From positions 102,049 to 166,048 of the forward strand of contig NW_005434560.1 in the NCBI RefSeq assembly GCF_000315625.1: a stretch of DNA of 64,000 nucleotides, written 5' to 3'. Shown in pieces: positions 30,753 to 40,821 of the stretch; the stretch's first letter is position 1; each line of letters begins with the position of its first letter. Source of the DNA: Guillardia theta CCMP2712. Lineage: Eukaryota > Protista > Cryptophyta. The notes under the pieces are model-generated. The model saw only the letters and a program-made list of their open reading frames with translations. It made no database searches and was not told the DNA's origin. The position numbers and the translations under genes are program-made.

Positions 30753-31250
30753 ATGCTCGCCTTCGACATCGAGACCATGGGCCTCAGCATGCACCACCAC
30801 GAAATCACTGTCGCCGCCGTCTACGACCCAACCAAGGGCATCCGCCACTGCTACAACTTCTACAGGCACCGCCACGACCGCACCAGGTGGCAGCGCGAGG
30901 TGGACGATTTCCTACGCACCCTCGACGAGGCCCGCACCCTCTGCACCTTCAACGGCATCCGTTTCGACATCCCCTTCATCCAGACACAGTTCAAGGTCGA
31001 CCCGGAGAGGGTGGGCCGCTGGGTGCTCAAGACCGTCGACCTCTTCCACCGCTGGAAGCTCCTCCGCGACCACACCTTCTCCCTCGACAAGCTCCTCATC
31101 GCCAACGGCCTCCCCGTCAAGACGTCCAAGGGCTGCTTCGCCATCGATATGGCCAGGCAGCAGCGCTGGGACGAGCTCGAGGACTACTGCATGAACGACA
31201 CCGTCCTCACCCACCTCGTCTCGTCCAAGGAGAGGCTCGTCATACCCTGA
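30753..31250 (+). CDS. DEDDy/DnaQ-like 3'-5' exonuclease (RNase H fold)
   Basis: ExoI AFDIET, ExoII TFNGIRFDIPFI, ExoIII YCMND. Confidence 0.9.
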   Translation: MLAFDIETMGLSMHHHEITVAAVYDPTKGIRHCYNFYRHRHDRTRWQREVDDFLRTLDEARTLCTFNGIRFDIPFIQTQFKVDPERVGRWVLKTVDLFHRWKLLRDHTFSLDKLLIANGLPVKTSKGCFAIDMARQQRWDELEDYCMNDTVLTHLVSSKERLVIP

Positions 31251-31292
31251 AGTTATTAAAATTCGAACTTTATTCTCGTGTACGTACAAGCT

Positions 31293-32543
31293 CTACTTGG
31301 AGTACTTCTTGGAAAGCATAACCTTGTGCTGATAGTCGAACTCAGAGATCCAGTAATTGAACATCACCCGCTCAATTGCCTCTCCGGTGTTGTTCTTCTT
31401 GAACTCCTCTGTGTACACCTCCGACCCGTCGGCCCTGCGCTTGATCCCCGGATTGGACGGTTGCCAGCCAAGAGCCCTGAAGTCCACAAAATGTTGGTCC
31501 TTCTCGCTGAGCAGGACAAGCGACTCTAGCTTCTTGATCCTCTTATCCTGCAACTTCGAATCATCGGGAGTTGGGGTAGGAGCACGAATGATGTCGAGGA
31601 AATTTTGCATAACAAGACCATGAAACTTCATAGGCTTCAGCATATCTCTCCAAAGCATCTTGAAGGTCTTGTGTACAAACTTGTCATCGAGCGACACATT
31701 GCACAGGATACGGAAGAAATGGCACCACGTCTTTGCCTCGTTCGTGCTCTTGTAGAGAGCTTTCAGCCCTTTGTCCTCATGGGTCAGCTCTTTGTTCTTC
31801 ATCCTGACGACAGATGCCAGGAACATGGAAACACCAACCTTGACGTAGCAATTCTCGTAGCAGGGAACATCTGGCTTCTCCTCGTTCGATCGAAGGATGT
31901 CCAACATACCCAGGATAACATCCCTGGCAAGCTTATTGCGCAGCTCCTTGCACTTCGCGACCTGCTCATCCGGCGGGGCATCGTTGACCTTGGAGACATA
32001 TATCCAGGCTATCTCGGTCATCTCATTCAGATTCTTATACTTGGCCACGGTCACTTTGTTCACAGCGTCATCGTCGGTAGGATCAACATTCGTATTGTCA
32101 CGGATTGAGATCATGTACTTGCGGTATGAAAGCTTGCAATCCGTCTTGATCTGCTCAAACTTTTCCCAGCACATCTTCCCAAGCTTGTCAAAGTCGATGT
32201 CATACTCTGGTTCATATTCCACGTCCTGCCATTGCTGGAATATCGGCGACTGACCCTGCTGACCCTCTGCGGAGTAACCGTCCTCTGGAGTTGGTGTCTC
32301 TTCATCTTCTTCCAACACTTGCGTCTCCTTATCGTCTTCCTCCTCCAGAATCTGCGTCTCGTTATCCAAATCCTCCATCTTCTCACTGACGGGAGAAGGA
32401 CTTGGAGTCGGGGTCGGTGGTATGATGTAGCACTGCTTCTTCATTTCATAGGGTATCTTATCGACGTAATCCCTAGGATCAAATCTCTGAAGCTCGATCT
32501 TGTAATCGTACAACGAAAGGTCTAGCAAGATATTGATAAACAT
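31293..32543 (-). CDS. Hypothetical protein with an acidic/Pro-rich linker
   Basis: ATG at 32543 lies 32 nt after TGTATTTAAA (32575-32584, minus). Confidence 0.75.
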   Translation of the reverse strand: MFINILLDLSLYDYKIELQRFDPRDYVDKIPYEMKKQCYIIPPTPTPSPSPVSEKMEDLDNETQILEEEDDKETQVLEEDEETPTPEDGYSAEGQQGQSPIFQQWQDVEYEPEYDIDFDKLGKMCWEKFEQIKTDCKLSYRKYMISIRDNTNVDPTDDDAVNKVTVAKYKNLNEMTEIAWIYVSKVNDAPPDEQVAKCKELRNKLARDVILGMLDILRSNEEKPDVPCYENCYVKVGVSMFLASVVRMKNKELTHEDKGLKALYKSTNEAKTWCHFFRILCNVSLDDKFVHKTFKMLWRDMLKPMKFHGLVMQNFLDIIRAPTPTPDDSKLQDKRIKKLESLVLLSEKDQHFVDFRALGWQPSNPGIKRRADGSEVYTEEFKKNNTGEAIERVMFNYWISEFDYQHKVMLSKKYSK

Positions 32544-32636
32544 TTCGATGCGTGACCCGACCGCTATACCAGGCTTTAAATACACTCTCTGTCTATTTAA
32601 AAAAAAAACAGAAAAAAACCAACAGAAAAAAAAATA

Positions 32637-32894
32637 ATGCCCACCCTCCCGGACACCCTCCGCGCAGCCACCCTCCTGGCCTCCTTCGGCCTCTTCGTCG
32701 TGCTCCCGCTCTACACCCCGCTGGGGATCGCCCCCGCCATCGCCGGGGCCCTGCGCAACCAGGTGGGTCTCGACGCCTCCCAGTCCGGCCTCTACCGCAA
32801 CGTCTACATCTCCACCGCGGGCCTCTTCGTCCTCTCCCTCTACGTCACCGGGTGCAAGTTCATAAACCCTTCATTGGAAACAAAAGATAATTAG
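32637..32894 (+). CDS. Small two-TM membrane protein
   Basis: Two hydrophobic helices and an upstream TATTTAAA (~32594). Confidence 0.7.
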   Translation: MPTLPDTLRAATLLASFGLFVVLPLYTPLGIAPAIAGALRNQVGLDASQSGLYRNVYISTAGLFVLSLYVTGCKFINPSLETKDN

Positions 32895-34672
32895 ATAGCA
32901 AAGGTCAGCGAGCTCGACATCCCGCTGTACACGTCCGCGAACGTCGTCGCGTGGATAGGAACAGGGTTGAGATAAGCAGGGAAATTCAGGTTGTGATTCG
33001 CTGCGTTTCCACAGAAGAATTTCTGCGGCTGGTTAAAGGTGCAGTGCGTCTTGTTCAGGCCCAGCAACACGTCGATGAACACGACGAGGGAGCCTGCGAT
33101 GATCGCGAAGGCGAAGATTATGGCGTTGAAGTACACGACCCACCTGTAATTGGTGGTCGTGAAGTAATTACAGAGAAGGATGGATGCCACGAATGGAAAG
33201 TTCAACAAATAAGCGAACCATGTCAAAAACTTCGTGGACTCCGCGGGGTTGAGCAGAATGATGTCGTAGACAATCTGGTTGATCCACAGCAACAGAAACA
33301 CGGCAAACACCAAGATCGTATCCATGCTGTAATTGATGGTGAGATTAGGTAGGTCTGGATCTTCCTGCATTAAACCAGGATTTTCATCTGATTCCTTTCC
33401 ATCATCCACCAGGATCGCCCTGGGATTGCCATCCTGATAGGCATCCGGTGCAGTCAAACCAAACTGTGTCCGCATGAATCCAAACCTCGCGTTCTGTTTT
33501 GCGGCCATGTCCATCTCCTTCTGCACCTTGTTGTGCGTACGGATGGGATTAATCCTGCGGTAGTTCAGGAGCATCAGCCCCATGATGAGCAGCACCGATC
33601 GCACAAAGGCCGCCTGGAACGACCACTCCACGGCGTTGTTCACTGCGATGGCGTAGAGACTCAGGATCAAGGTGGGAAAGAGGAAGATTTGCGAGCTCAG
33701 GATCACGTTGATCACTCTGTAGTTCTCGTATGATTCATTGCTTTGCATATTCTTCCCAGGTGGAAGAAAACTATTTGTCATCCGGATGCATGCAATAAGA
33801 TTGATACCTTCGAACATGGCAACGTCCCCCTTCACTTGGTCCTTGCTGCATCTCCTCATAGTAATAATCTGCTGCACAATCGTGGCAGCGATGAGCACCA
33901 GCGCAAAGATGACGTTGTTGCGGGGGATGACCGCGTTGTCGACCTGGAAGATCGCGGAGAAGAGCACCACAATGAGGATTAAAATGTGCCAGAAGGAATA
34001 GATCCAGATCTTGAACATTCCAAAGTATTGCAACAACCAGAAAATCTTGTTTGCCTCAGTGTAACCCGAACAGTCCCAGAGGAGCAACAGCCAGCTCGCG
34101 TACATGAAGAGCACCACCATGACCATGAAGAAGGGATTCCAGGCCGCGGAGAAGGTGATGCTCACGGGGTTGTTGCGGTACAGCGCCACCTGCTTCGAGC
34201 GCTCGATGTTGCACAACCTGTGTTGCCTTTCACGTTCAGTCATAGAGAGACCAGCAGCGTATCCCGCATCCTGGCACAGGTAGTAGGTGTAGTTCCTGCG
34301 GTCCGCGAAGGTGGGTTCGTCGAAGCTCAGAGGCAGGGGAGCCATCGGCATGTACGACATCCCGCCCGGGGTGGTGGTCTGCAGCACCGAAGTCTCCCCG
34401 AAGAGGGTCACGTGCTGGCTGCCGATGGCACGGCCGTACACATTGCTGTACAGCGACTTGAAGATGGGGAAGCTGATCTTGCCCTCATTCTCACCGTAGA
34501 CTTGGATGTGCCGAATGTAAGCACCGAAGAACAGTATGGAACAACAGAACGCCAGCAAGAATAGAGACATGAACAAGCCGCGCTCGGTCTGGGCCATGAT
34601 GCACCGGCTGCCCTTTCCTACACATGCCCTGCCCTCGCCATTTATATGGTGGAGCGCCCGAAAAATTTCCAC
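32891..34672 (-). CDS. Multi-pass membrane protein (probable start MAQTERG ~34597)
   Basis: About 8-9 hydrophobic segments with long loops. A TATAAA lies at ~34641-34646 (minus). Confidence 0.8.
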   Translation of the reverse strand: MEIFRALHHINGEGRACVGKGSRCIMAQTERGLFMSLFLLAFCCSILFFGAYIRHIQVYGENEGKISFPIFKSLYSNVYGRAIGSQHVTLFGETSVLQTTTPGGMSYMPMAPLPLSFDEPTFADRRNYTYYLCQDAGYAAGLSMTERERQHRLCNIERSKQVALYRNNPVSITFSAAWNPFFMVMVVLFMYASWLLLLWDCSGYTEANKIFWLLQYFGMFKIWIYSFWHILILIVVLFSAIFQVDNAVIPRNNVIFALVLIAATIVQQIITMRRCSKDQVKGDVAMFEGINLIACIRMTNSFLPPGKNMQSNESYENYRVINVILSSQIFLFPTLILSLYAIAVNNAVEWSFQAAFVRSVLLIMGLMLLNYRRINPIRTHNKVQKEMDMAAKQNARFGFMRTQFGLTAPDAYQDGNPRAILVDDGKESDENPGLMQEDPDLPNLTINYSMDTILVFAVFLLLWINQIVYDIILLNPAESTKFLTWFAYLLNFPFVASILLCNYFTTTNYRWVVYFNAIIFAFAIIAGSLVVFIDVLLGLNKTHCTFNQPQKFFCGNAANHNLNFPAYLNPVPIHATTFADVYSGMSSSLTFAI

Positions 34673-34680
34673 GGTGCTAG

Positions 34681-35103
34681 CTACGTAGCCTTACCCGCAC
34701 AGCGCAGGAGGTCAACATTCAGGAGGTCCAGGTCCAGAAGCCCCGCGCCCATCCCCCCGAATCCACCCGTGCAAATGCCCGGCACCAGCAAACGGGACGC
34801 CACCGCCACGCTCGAGGTGACGATGAAGAGCACCACAAAGAAGGCCAGCAGGAGGCTGTCCCGCTCCGGCACGGAGAACACCACCGAGAAGCTCGTCGAC
34901 GAGTGCGGGTTGTGGGTGCAGATCACGTCCACGTCGGGGAAGCGGTCCTTCACCCGGTCGTGCATCTCCCCGTTCCACTCCTCGTAGTCCGTCAGCATGC
35001 AGGTCGTCCCGCTCACCACCATGCATCTCCCCCCGTGCGCCTCCGTGTTGCACACCTCCCTGACGTGGGTGCAGATGCGGTCGATCTTGCGCGCCCCCTC
35101 CAT
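34681..35103 (-). CDS. Small membrane-anchored protein
   Basis: ATG ORF with a C-terminal TM (LLLAFFVVLFIVTSSVAV). Confidence 0.65.
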   Translation of the reverse strand: MEGARKIDRICTHVREVCNTEAHGGRCMVVSGTTCMLTDYEEWNGEMHDRVKDRFPDVDVICTHNPHSSTSFSVVFSVPERDSLLLAFFVVLFIVTSSVAVASRLLVPGICTGGFGGMGAGLLDLDLLNVDLLRCAGKAT

Positions 35104-35149
35104 GTTTTCTATAAAACCCTTCTAGCTCGACAACGGGGAGGGAAGAAAT

Positions 35150-36496
35150 ATGGGCAACTACAACTCCAGCCATGACCACATCAACGACAACCCAGACAAC
35201 CCCATCCAGGACACTGCGGGGTGGAGAAACTCCGCGGGTGCCGTGGCTGCAACCACCGCAATAGAAAATGCAAACCACATCGCCATGGACCGCAACCTCC
35301 GCCAGCACGCGATCCGCCAGGCGGTGTATAGGGCCTTATACAAGGTGAGGTTCGAGCAGGTCACCCCACAGGAGGCTTTCTGGATCTACAAGTGGGTGAA
35401 GGCCCTGAACCTGGAATTGCAAGTCACGGAAGGCATCGCGGGCGCTTCCACTCTCTTGAGCTTATCGATCGTCATGAAACCCAACTTCGACGCCCTCTCG
35501 CGGCGCAACGAGGCGCTCAGCGTCGACTTCTGGAAGCAGTTCATCCAAACGGCCGTGAGGGATGCCAATATGATCCCGGAAAACTTCTTTCGAAATGCAA
35601 ACACCATGGAGGAAAATGCAATGAACAACCTCCGGAGCTTCAAGCGGCTTATCAACATCCTCGAGCAGAACATCCACACCCTCACCCCCGTGGCGTGGAA
35701 CTCGCTCTCCGACGCCCTGCAGATCACCCGGCAGGTGTTCGTCGAGCGCGGGGTGGACCTTAACGATTTCATCACGCGCAACGAGGACCAATCGACGGCA
35801 ACCCCGAAATTCACCGAGAGAGAGCTGCTCACCTTCCTCTCCCGCCACCCAATCCTCCGCGAGAGCCTCTCCAAGGCCGCGGGCTCCATCCTCCAGTCCA
35901 CCCTCAACCTCCGTGACGGGGCCTACTCCGGCATTCGCAAGCTCAACGCCAACGACGCTAGGATGATCGGCTACATCCTCTACCTCAAGAGCGAGGTCCG
36001 GAAGCTTGCAGACGAGATCAAGAACGTACTGACCGATGCACTCCTGAACCCGCACAAGTACGTCGAGTATTTCCTCGATGTCACCGATGCCGTGAGGGCG
36101 GACGCGTTCGACGAGTTCCTCGTATCGGACAGCAGGGCGGCGACCCGTAGAAGAGAAGCAGATAGGCCTGTCGCAGGAAGACGAGGAGGAGGAGGGGGCG
36201 GGGGAGGAGGAGGTGGTGGGGGAGGAGGAGGTGGTGGGGGAGGAGGAGGTGGTGGGGGAGGAGGAGGAGGCGGAGGAGGCGGAGGAGGAGGAGGAGGACG
36301 ACGAGATGCTGCAGACGCAGCTCGAGTTGTGGGAAGAAGAGAGGCAGAGGCTAGTTCTATGCCACTGACATCCAACCTCGATGGCGCACAGGACGACCCA
36401 CCCCAGCGCGTCCCCACCACCGGGGGCTCGAACCCCCGCAAGTACATACGGATCAACGGGGAGATGGTTGCACTCGATTCATTCAGGCAAGAATAA
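35150..36496 (+). CDS. Hypothetical protein with a poly-glycine tract
   Basis: 448-aa ORF starting MGNYNSS (myristoylation-like MGxxxS). Upstream TATAAAA (35110), and AATAAA at the stop. Confidence 0.8.
   Translation: MGNYNSSHDHINDNPDNPIQDTAGWRNSAGAVAATTAIENANHIAMDRNLRQHAIRQAVYRALYKVRFEQVTPQEAFWIYKWVKALNLELQVTEGIAGASTLLSLSIVMKPNFDALSRRNEALSVDFWKQFIQTAVRDANMIPENFFRNANTMEENAMNNLRSFKRLINILEQNIHTLTPVAWNSLSDALQITRQVFVERGVDLNDFITRNEDQSTATPKFTERELLTFLSRHPILRESLSKAAGSILQSTLNLRDGAYSGIRKLNANDARMIGYILYLKSEVRKLADEIKNVLTDALLNPHKYVEYFLDVTDAVRADAFDEFLVSDSRAATRRREADRPVAGRRGGGGGGGGGGGGGGGGGGGGGGGGGGGGGGGGGGGGGGRRDAADAARVVGRREAEASSMPLTSNLDGAQDDPPQRVPTTGGSNPRKYIRINGEMVALDSFRQE
36184..36298. repeat. (GGN)n low-complexity repeat encoding ~38 glycines
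   Basis: Tandem gga/ggt/ggg/ggc codons. Confidence 0.95.
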
Positions 36497-36509
36497 AGAG
36501 TAGTATCAG

Positions 36510-38345
36510 TTAAGAAATATAGGGAAGGACCGAGAAGTGCATGCAGTCCGAGCCGCTGCGCCCCACCATGGACAGGATACAGATGTCATGGACGTTCCCG
36601 CGTACCTCCGGGCGGTTGCGCTCGGTGCAGAGCCACACGGCGCGCAGGGTGTGCTCGAAGGGCGCGAGCTCGGGGTCCGCCCGGCACGCCGCCACGATGT
36701 AGCAGAGCCGCGCCACAGCCTCGCGGAGGTTACTGGCAGTGCCACCCCTTTCCATCCCTGACACGCCCATATCCGCCGCCACCCTCGCCGCGGGGAGCAG
36801 GCGCATCCCGCCCACCGCGTAGAGCGCGTAGACCGCCCCGTTCCGGAGGAAGGAGATGAACTGGGCGGAGTCACCCTTGCAGGCCTCCGCCACGCCTCCC
36901 AGCATCCCCATCGCCTTGGCGGCAGGGAGGATCTGCGCCTGGATGGGATTCCCGTCACTCCCATAATCAAATTGGAACTCTATGTCGATGCCGTCCGCCC
37001 TCCCGTAACCGCCCTCCGTCGCCGCCGCGGTGTACCCAGGGGCGTTGAGCAGGCGGATGCCGGCAGGCGCTCCCGCCGCCGCGTTCGCCGCGAGCAGGCA
37101 GTCCTGGATCTCCTCGTCGGTCATACCCAGCCGCATCAGGCCGCGCGTGTCCTCCTCCTTGATGCCGAGCTCGCGGAACACCGCGGGGGAGTTGCTCGAG
37201 CCGTGCGCGGAGAAGAGGTAGCGCTTGCTCTCGGTCCCGTCCCAATACCGCACGCCGCACGCCGCCGCGACCGCCTCGAAGGGCGAGCCCTTACGGATGG
37301 GCTGCGTGGTGATCAGCCCCATGTCCGAGATGCGCCTCCGCGCCTCCTTCCGGTCCGTGAAAGTGCAGGGGATGTCCGTGAAACTCCCTTGAAGCTCGAA
37401 CATGGAGTGCGACACCGCCTTGGCCAGCGACCTGAAGCCGGTGACATAAGGGTCCCGCTTCACCACGGGCTCCAGGATGACAGAGAAGAGCCCGTGAGAC
37501 ACCAGCAGCGACCGCTTCATCTCTCCTCTCCCCAGCTCCGCGATGAAGCCCGGGGCCCTGTTGACGCTGCAGGAACGGAAGAGCACCGTCTCACCCCCCG
37601 CAGCGTGCAGCGTCGAAGCGCCGTGCTCCTGCAGGCTCCCGGCGATGCTCACGGCGTCCCCCTTCCGGTACCGCACCTCCACCGTATCACCCGCCGACCT
37701 CGAGGTGGCCGCGCCCTCCACGCGCAGGAAGCTCTCGGAGCCGTGCGTCCGCTTGGTCAGGAAGTCCTGCACCTCCGCATCCGAGGAGCAGCGCATGGAG
37801 GACCAGCGAGGCACGTTGCGCTCCAAAAAGTCCCGCACCGACGGGCAGCGCAGCGCGGAGGCGCCGGCGGGGGAGGCGAAGTGGAAGGCCTGCACCACGT
37901 TGGGATTGTTCACGCTGGCGTACACGCAGGACTGGATGCCGAACTTGTCACCCTCCTTACCCCCACCCTGGAACGCCAGCAGCACCCCGTCGGGCTTGAC
38001 GGAGGCCTTCATCCCGCGCTTCTTCGGGTCCGCCACACCCCCCGTGCACAGACCCCCCAGGAAGTGCACATCTCTCCCCTCCAGCTTGTCCGCGCGGAGG
38101 ATCTCGCGCAGGCGTGCGCGGACGTAGTCGTTGCGAAGCCAGTGCTTGCGGACCTCCGCGTTGGGTGGCATGTCGGTCCTGGCTGGCTTCGAAGCCAGTG
38201 ACGATGCGGTCGAAGGCACCCTTCTTGGATCGTCCCTGCGCTGGCCCTGCATGAACCTCACCTTCCTCGTATCCCTTCTCGTAGTATCCATCCTTGTAGC
38301 ATCCATTCTTGTAGTGTTCCTCCTATCACCCGCAATCGACACCAT
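36510..38345 (-). CDS. Hypothetical protein (611 aa)
   Basis: Long ATG ORF with an upstream TGTATAAAA (38388-38396, minus). Confidence 0.8.
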   Translation of the reverse strand: MVSIAGDRRNTTRMDATRMDTTRRDTRKVRFMQGQRRDDPRRVPSTASSLASKPARTDMPPNAEVRKHWLRNDYVRARLREILRADKLEGRDVHFLGGLCTGGVADPKKRGMKASVKPDGVLLAFQGGGKEGDKFGIQSCVYASVNNPNVVQAFHFASPAGASALRCPSVRDFLERNVPRWSSMRCSSDAEVQDFLTKRTHGSESFLRVEGAATSRSAGDTVEVRYRKGDAVSIAGSLQEHGASTLHAAGGETVLFRSCSVNRAPGFIAELGRGEMKRSLLVSHGLFSVILEPVVKRDPYVTGFRSLAKAVSHSMFELQGSFTDIPCTFTDRKEARRRISDMGLITTQPIRKGSPFEAVAAACGVRYWDGTESKRYLFSAHGSSNSPAVFRELGIKEEDTRGLMRLGMTDEEIQDCLLAANAAAGAPAGIRLLNAPGYTAAATEGGYGRADGIDIEFQFDYGSDGNPIQAQILPAAKAMGMLGGVAEACKGDSAQFISFLRNGAVYALYAVGGMRLLPAARVAADMGVSGMERGGTASNLREAVARLCYIVAACRADPELAPFEHTLRAVWLCTERNRPEVRGNVHDICILSMVGRSGSDCMHFSVLPYIS

Positions 38346-38499
38346 TCACCCCACACGACGGTCCCGCCCGGGATGCAAAGACCCGTCTTTTATACACACC
38401 CTCGATTCATCACAGGCATGCATCTACCAAACAAAACACGAGCAACATATATGAACCATTGCAGGGTAGAAGTACAAGGAAGACAGCATTGTCAGTAGC

Positions 38500-39051
38500 A
38501 TGCATTGGGCCAAGCACACCTGCGCCCTGATACCAGCATTCATGGTCCTCTTCTGGATCTTCATGTTTGCCTTCTCCAGGGCCTTCATGCTCTACTCGGA
38601 GTACCAGGCAGAGATCGCCAGGCTCAACGACGACGCATGGCTCCGGGTCAAGTGCAAGGACCCGGAGTTCTTCCACAACATCAAGCAGCACACCGACCTC
38701 TGCCTCAAGGTAGAGCAGAACGCCAGGAAGTCCTGCCTCCTCGTCGCCCTCAACACCGTCGCCTCCACCACCTACCTCTGCGGCTACAGGAGCTGCGCCG
38801 ACTACCTCACCGACGCCGTCCTCTGGGTGATGGGCTTCGGCCTCCCCGCCGTACTCCTCATCTCCGTATGCCTACTCCTCTTCCCCACGGTGCTCTACCC
38901 CGTCTACTCCTCGTACCTCAACCGTATGGCCGACCGCAGAGTCATGGCCCTCTACAACGCACCCTACGGGATGGAGCACTACTCCGCCTCCCACCCCAGG
39001 CTCGTCTACCCCGTCATACAGGACATGGAGGATGCGAAGAAGTTGGTGTGA
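38500..39051 (+). CDS. Two-TM protein with a Cys-containing luminal loop
   Basis: TM, then a loop with C...C...LCGxxxC, then a second TM. Confidence 0.8.
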   Translation: MHWAKHTCALIPAFMVLFWIFMFAFSRAFMLYSEYQAEIARLNDDAWLRVKCKDPEFFHNIKQHTDLCLKVEQNARKSCLLVALNTVASTTYLCGYRSCADYLTDAVLWVMGFGLPAVLLISVCLLLFPTVLYPVYSSYLNRMADRRVMALYNAPYGMEHYSASHPRLVYPVIQDMEDAKKLV

Positions 39052-39096
39052 CAAAGTTGATATTCTCTCGTTGTACGTAGATCAATATATGTCATA

Positions 39097-39549
39097 TTAA
39101 AAATAATGCTTTACAGGAGCTACGCCGACTGATGATTCACACTGATGTGATTCACACTGGTCAGTTGGTAGGATGACTGGAGGGGTGGTGGGTTCATCTT
39201 CTTCGCCATCAAACTTTGGCTTACCCAGGTTTTTCGTATCTTTGGAACGCGTGATAAACTTGACCTCTGTGATAACGACCTGCTTGGGCATGTAGGGTTT
39301 CTTCAGCTCCCTGGAACAGATATCCGAGAGCTTGACCTCCATGATGTTGCGGAGGTTCTTCCTGATATCCTCCTTGAGGTTCACCTGCGCATCGAGAAGA
39401 GAGAGGATCTGCAGGCACTCTTTCACCTCAGAGAGGCACGACTCCTGAGGTTCGTCTACGCTTCCCGAGGCTGAAGAATCACCAAACATCTGTTGGTGAC
39501 GCACCCATGCCTGCAAGCGCTCAGTTGTCATCTTCTCAGTTCGATCCAT
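39097..39549 (-). CDS. Hypothetical protein (150 aa)
   Basis: ATG ORF with an upstream CGTATAAAA (~39584-39592, minus). Confidence 0.7.
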   Translation of the reverse strand: MDRTEKMTTERLQAWVRHQQMFGDSSASGSVDEPQESCLSEVKECLQILSLLDAQVNLKEDIRKNLRNIMEVKLSDICSRELKKPYMPKQVVITEVKFITRSKDTKNLGKPKFDGEEDEPTTPPVILPTDQCESHQCESSVGVAPVKHYF

Positions 39550-39701
39550 CGTGGCGAATAGTCAGACAGACCCACATCAGGGGTTTTATACGCTTCGTTT
39601 TTTTTACTCCCTGTTTTTTTCATTTTTTATTTAAAAAAAAATTCCCGCCTTTTTTTAGGAGTCAATAAAAAGACCGCTGCGAAGTTCACCCTCCACTGCC
39701 C

Positions 39702-40091
39702 ATGCAATCCCAGGCAGCCGTCATGGAGACGCTGATGAAGAAAGACATCCAGCTGCAGAAGATGCAGCACGCCATCGACTGGTACAACGGGTACAAGCAG
39801 CACCGCGAGAAGGTCGACCGCGTGGTGTGCGCCAACCTCTCATCCTCAGACCGGTTGAACCCTACCCTGCTCACCAAGGTCGAGAGCGAGCTTTTCTCAC
39901 CCGACAAGCGTTACCAAGAGTACAAGCCACCGGAGGACCTTCTCCCGCGGCTTGCTTTCTCGGACGTCGTCTCTCTCGACACCGCGGAGCTAGCCCTCCG
40001 CATCACCAGGATCGAGGAGGAGATCGATGCATGCAAGAAGCAACCAGCCTATCGCGCCATGATGCAAGAGCTGAATGATGCCTTGAAGTAG
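39702..40091 (+). CDS. Hypothetical coiled-coil protein (129 aa)
   Basis: ATG ORF with AATAAA immediately downstream. Confidence 0.75.
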   Translation: MQSQAAVMETLMKKDIQLQKMQHAIDWYNGYKQHREKVDRVVCANLSSSDRLNPTLLTKVESELFSPDKRYQEYKPPEDLLPRLAFSDVVSLDTAELALRITRIEEEIDACKKQPAYRAMMQELNDALK

Positions 40092-40176
40092 AGTTCTAAT
40101 AAAAAAAAAGAAAGTATTTGTGGCTCTAAGCTTGTCGGTATGCCAGCACATCTCACCTCCAATAACACCCCCAACC

Positions 40177-40353
40177 ATGTCGGAAGAAGAATGCGATGTC
40201 GTGTTTGCAATCAACGAGAGTGAGGAGCAGATCGCAAGGAACATCGTCCGTCTGATCCAACACGAGAGACAGACGCAGCCTTCTCCCTCCATGGCAGAAG
40301 ACACCATGGAGCAGGGACCGGGAGGGACAACTACCGGTGATTCATCGGTGTGA
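40177..40353 (+). CDS. Small acidic hypothetical protein
   Basis: accATG context, short ORF before the palindrome. Confidence 0.45.
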   Translation: MSEEECDVVFAINESEEQIARNIVRLIQHERQTQPSPSMAEDTMEQGPGGTTTGDSSV

Positions 40354-40410
40354 GAGGGGTAGGGTACTTAACGGTACTAAATTGAGTAAATTTATAATAC
40401 TTATATAGCC

Positions 40411-40775
40411 GGTCTCCCAGGAAAGGCCCCCCCCCTTGGCCAGAATCTGGAAACCGTTAAACCGTTAAACCGTTAAACCGTTAAAACCTTCAACCACAGT
40501 CCGGCGATTCTTGTCCTTTGATCATTTTAAATAAGGTTCGCCGGACATATATATATATACATATATTACATACATAGATACATACATATACATAGTATGT
40601 ATATACATACATACATATACATACATATACATACATACTATATACTATATACATACTATACGTATACTGTCCGGCGAACCTTCTTTAAAGGTTTTAAAGA
40701 CCGTTAACCTTTAACGGTTTAACGGTTTAACGGTTTTCAGATTCTGGCCAGAGGGGGGGCCTTTCCCTGGGGACC
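40411..40775. repeat. Nested inverted repeat with 8-bp iterons and a 120-bp AT-rich core, candidate replication origin
   Basis: Outer arms at 40411-40486 and 40710-40775. AAACCGTT x4 (40451-40482) faces AACGGTTT x3 (40713-40736). A perfect 15-bp inner IR AAGGTTCGCCGGACA (40533-40547 / 40668-40682) flanks a (TA/TACA)n spacer at 40548-40667. Confidence 0.9.
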
Positions 40776-40821
40776 CAGGTCGGGGTATGAGGGCGATGAT
40801 ATTTTTTTATTTTTTTTTTAC

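Noticed and set aside
40451-40736. CRISPR array or MITE interpretation of the repeats
   Set aside because: The 8-bp repeats have no spacers and no cas genes are present. There is no target-site duplication, transposase or second copy in the window.
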